A stretch of 64,000 bases of DNA from Psammoneis japonica (Eukaryota), in the NCBI GenBank assembly GCA_008632985.1, contig QPGO01000053.1:62001-126000 (forward strand). The letters run 5' to 3'. A model generated the notes under the pieces. That model searched no databases, was not told where the DNA came from, and worked only from the letters and a program-made list of their open reading frames with translations. This document shows positions 61,301 through 64,000 of the stretch, piece by piece. Position numbers and translations under genes: made by a program. Every line of letters starts with the position of its first letter. The stretch's first letter is position 1.

Positions 61301-62133
61301 CATCCCATGAACACGTGCACGAGCCTCATTGTGCGTGCCAAACACAAACCAAACGTTCCCCAGCAACTCAATCGAAAATGCAGGGACGAGATTAAGAACA
61401 AGGTGGAATCGATTTGCAACCCACCACAGATTGCCAAACTGAAGAGATTGACTGAAGCAGAGATTCAAAAACTTCCACCTGTTGGGCGTGGAGCTGATTT
61501 CATTGGTTGCAGCTTGGAGGGGAACCATCCTGTGTGTGCAACCCTGGATTGGGCTGAGTGCAATTTTGAGTTTCGGTTTCCAGATGAGTGGAAAGATTTG
61601 AAAGAATTGAAGCCATCGGATGGTCACCACTCCTTGCGGAAGGAAACGTGTTGATGCCATCGAACAGCAACTTGCCGACGAGCAGTCCACCCGTGAAATT
61701 CCTGCAAGGACAAAACGACACTTGCATTTTTTCCTCCCTGGCCAGTGTTCTTGATCATGCTGGCGACGTGGAAATGAGAGACTGCATTGCTTCTCACATT
61801 CAAACATCTGCCAACTGTGCTGACACTGACAACAAGCGCATGTTGTTTGCAAAGAACATGTTGAACGGTCGTTTGAAGGGAAAATTCCCGCCTGAGAACT
61901 CAAACATGAAGTTTTGCGGCAGTGTGGATCGAACGATTTCCCTTGCAGCAGGTGGTGAATTTGACGTGACGACCTGCAATGATGACTTCATGACTTTGTG
62001 CCATCCTGTGAACAACCACTGCATTGCCTTGCACCATGGATGGATCTTTGATTCCAACCACCCTTTTGCATTGCCAGCAAAGGACATCAAGTGTTTCAAT
62101 TGTGGTGTCTTGGGAACGAGGAACATGAGGTGA
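58362..62133 (+). pseudogene. Disrupted long cargo ORF of the element: unknown N-terminus, acidic and basic repeats, C-terminal putative Cys-protease-like module
   Basis: Consecutive same-strand ORF pieces 58362-59084, 59245-60078, 60259-60945, 60920-61654 and 61588-62133. The last contains QGQNDTCIFSSLAS...NHCIA...WIFDSN. Confidence 0.5.
60407..60625 (+). repeat. Five 39-bp coding tandem repeats (EEEEEDGAMDQSA); ~30-bp Lys/Glu repeats follow at ~60770-60910
   Basis: gatgggg at 60418, 60457, 60496, 60535 and 60574. Units differ by CG/TG/CA at one site (caatcggct, caattggct, caatcagct). Confidence 0.92.
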
Positions 62134-62272
62134 AATGCGTGGTGAAAAAGCATCTGCAACAAGTGTTCATGGTGCACCAGTTCGAACTTCCCAGGGCGGT
62201 GCAGCAGAAGTTGCGTGCAAAAAGGAAAGCTTTTGTGTTGGATGGTCAATCTAGTTGCACAACATTGCCATG

Positions 62273-63937
62273 TCATTTGTCAGAATTGTTGCTGTCACTG
62301 TCCCCTGCTGTGCTCTCATCATCCTCCACAGTGTCTTCCATGTCGTCATTCTCTCCCCCCCACTCACCAGTTTCGATGTCTTGTTCCTCCACCTCGTCTG
62401 AACAGTCCTCAAAACAATCCATTGCCTCCCGCTGTTGGATGGCATCCAGAATTCCTTCATGCTCATCATCACTCAAATGACGTGGATGAAGAAGTGAAGC
62501 CTCATTCCTGTTGCACGTGCTTGGCAGTTCCAGATTGGCTGATGGTTCGTTGAGCTCAATGTTGGCAATTGCAATTTGCTTGAGCAACACTCTTGTCTTA
62601 CATTCCTCAGCATCACCGGGAGTGCACCATCCTCTGGCCCATGGAACAGGGTTAAGATGCATTCCCTTGCAAACCCATTCACCGGCCTTGACAGTTGTGG
62701 GTGGGTCAAACTCTTTCCAAACCTCGTCCTCCTGTGCTTTGTGGGGGAGTTCATCCCATTGCAGCAGATAGAATCCCTCCTCAGATTCACAAGACAAAGT
62801 GGCATGGCTGTTTGGAACAATTTCCTTGGCCATTTCCTCAGCAAGGAAGTCCAACACAGATTTGTGAACCAACTGCACCTCGTTGGCATCACTCTCATCT
62901 GTTTGAATCACCTGACACACTTGCCAATCGTTCAGTCCCTCAAAGATGGGCCACAGTTTGCAAGCTCGGTTGCCACCTGCACATCGTGGCTGCTCTGTTG
63001 GCTCAACATTTTTAACCCAAGGCCATTTCAGCTGATCCAGGCAGGCTTCACAAGCACAAGGAATTCTTCGCATCGCAACCCAACCAATGGGGAAAAGAAG
63101 TTCAAATCGGAAATGGTGCAAGGCTCCAATGCCACAATGGCGCATGCACACTTGCGCCAATCCAATCAACTTGACTTTGATTGAAGAGCCAAGAACTTCA
63201 TCAGCTTCCTGCAGACAATGCACCCTTTGCATTGACTTTCGAAGGGATTCCCTCTTGGCATGTTTTCTGTCACCAACTGCGCCGAAAGCATTCTTGTTCT
63301 TTGTGAGCATTTTGCAACATTCCTTTGCATGACTGTGTGCGGCTACAACACTGTTGTCATCCATGACCAAAGCTTCAGGTCTAATTTTCTTGTCCTTGTC
63401 ATTGACTCCTGCAACAGTTGTGGACTGCATTTCTCGATGTGCGAGTGATTTGATGCAGGCTCCAATGCCATCAACCTCTCCTTTGCCATGTCCAGTTGCT
63501 CCAATGGCACGGTCAAACACAATGTTGCATTTGTGCACAAAGACAGACAACAAGCACAGTGCCAAAGCACATCGGCATTGTTTGGCACAACCATCAGTGT
63601 GATCCCAAATCACAAGCCACACCTTGTGCAGGTTGCAGTTTTTTAACCAGGTGACAAACTTTTCCAAGTGAGCATTGGTGGTGGTGGCATCTTGCTTGGA
63701 AGAGTCAGAGAGATGCGCATGATGTGTTTTCTGAAGCTTGTTGTCAACCATTGCATCACAAACTCTTCCTTTGATTGACAATGTTTGGTTGTTGCCACAA
63801 TGGTTGCCCTGAACTTGTTTGTTGAACTCTGCCTTCTGATGCTCGGAGCAGTCATGAGACGTGAACAGGCTGTTGGGTGTTGACTCAAATGCTTTGCGAT
63901 GCATTTCCATGCAATGATTTTTCCCAAGAATGACCAC
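62273..63937 (-). pseudogene. Sola-like (Sola2-type) DDD transposase C-terminal part; frame open but Tyr-stripped
   Basis: HDCSEH (DY/FxE-like), LSDSSKQDA, WDHTDGCAKQCRC (DGxxxQY-like), GHGKGEVDGIG and RRIPCACEAC. One Tyr in 554 aa. Confidence 0.7.
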
Positions 63938-64000
63938 GTGGGGAAGGTGGTGGCAGAGCTTCCCTAAACTTGGAATGCAGTGCTCTTTTGTAAAGACACC

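Larger units (their letters stand above)
57545..64000 (-). mobile_element. Large TIR DNA transposon (Sola-like), running off the window; probable partner of the 42457 MITE
   Basis: Begins ggcctgttccagctccaggtgctccgcttttcatcacgc, the same terminus as the MITE. A transposase-like ORF lies 4.7 kb inside. The other end is not in the window. Confidence 0.7.

Overview
Eukaryotic DNA, most likely from a pennate diatom. The evidence is short GT-AG introns, a PyShell/Shell-like protein, CoDi-type Copia remnants and diatom-style type II membrane proteins; the species cannot be determined from the sequence. About half of the window is ordinary gene-dense DNA: MBF1, a RING-like protein, a sulfatase, a SAM-type mitochondrial carrier, a Kv channel, TMEM65-like, PyShell-like, a 4x cytochrome-b5 protein beside a ferric reductase, bestrophin, START-like and an FG-GAP propeller protein, among others. 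The other half lies in seven sharply bounded blocks (~2.9-8.26, 10.8-16.6, 31.8-34.67, 36.8-39.5, 41.5-43.4, 47.9-50.6 and 52.8-64.0 kb) made of transposon remnants and dead gene copies, in which TpA is almost absent. Alignment of a dead paralog against its live gene in this window, plus conserved TE motifs, shows TpA was converted to TpG or CpA (Tyr to Cys/His), ahead of and separately from CpG decay. This looks like a targeted A:T-to-G:C hypermutation of silenced DNA, the reverse of fungal RIP, and is the main candidate for an undescribed system. The second candidate is a surface tetra-heme b5 / ferric reductase / membrane-protein gene cassette. All family assignments come from motif recognition by eye, and all counts are manual.
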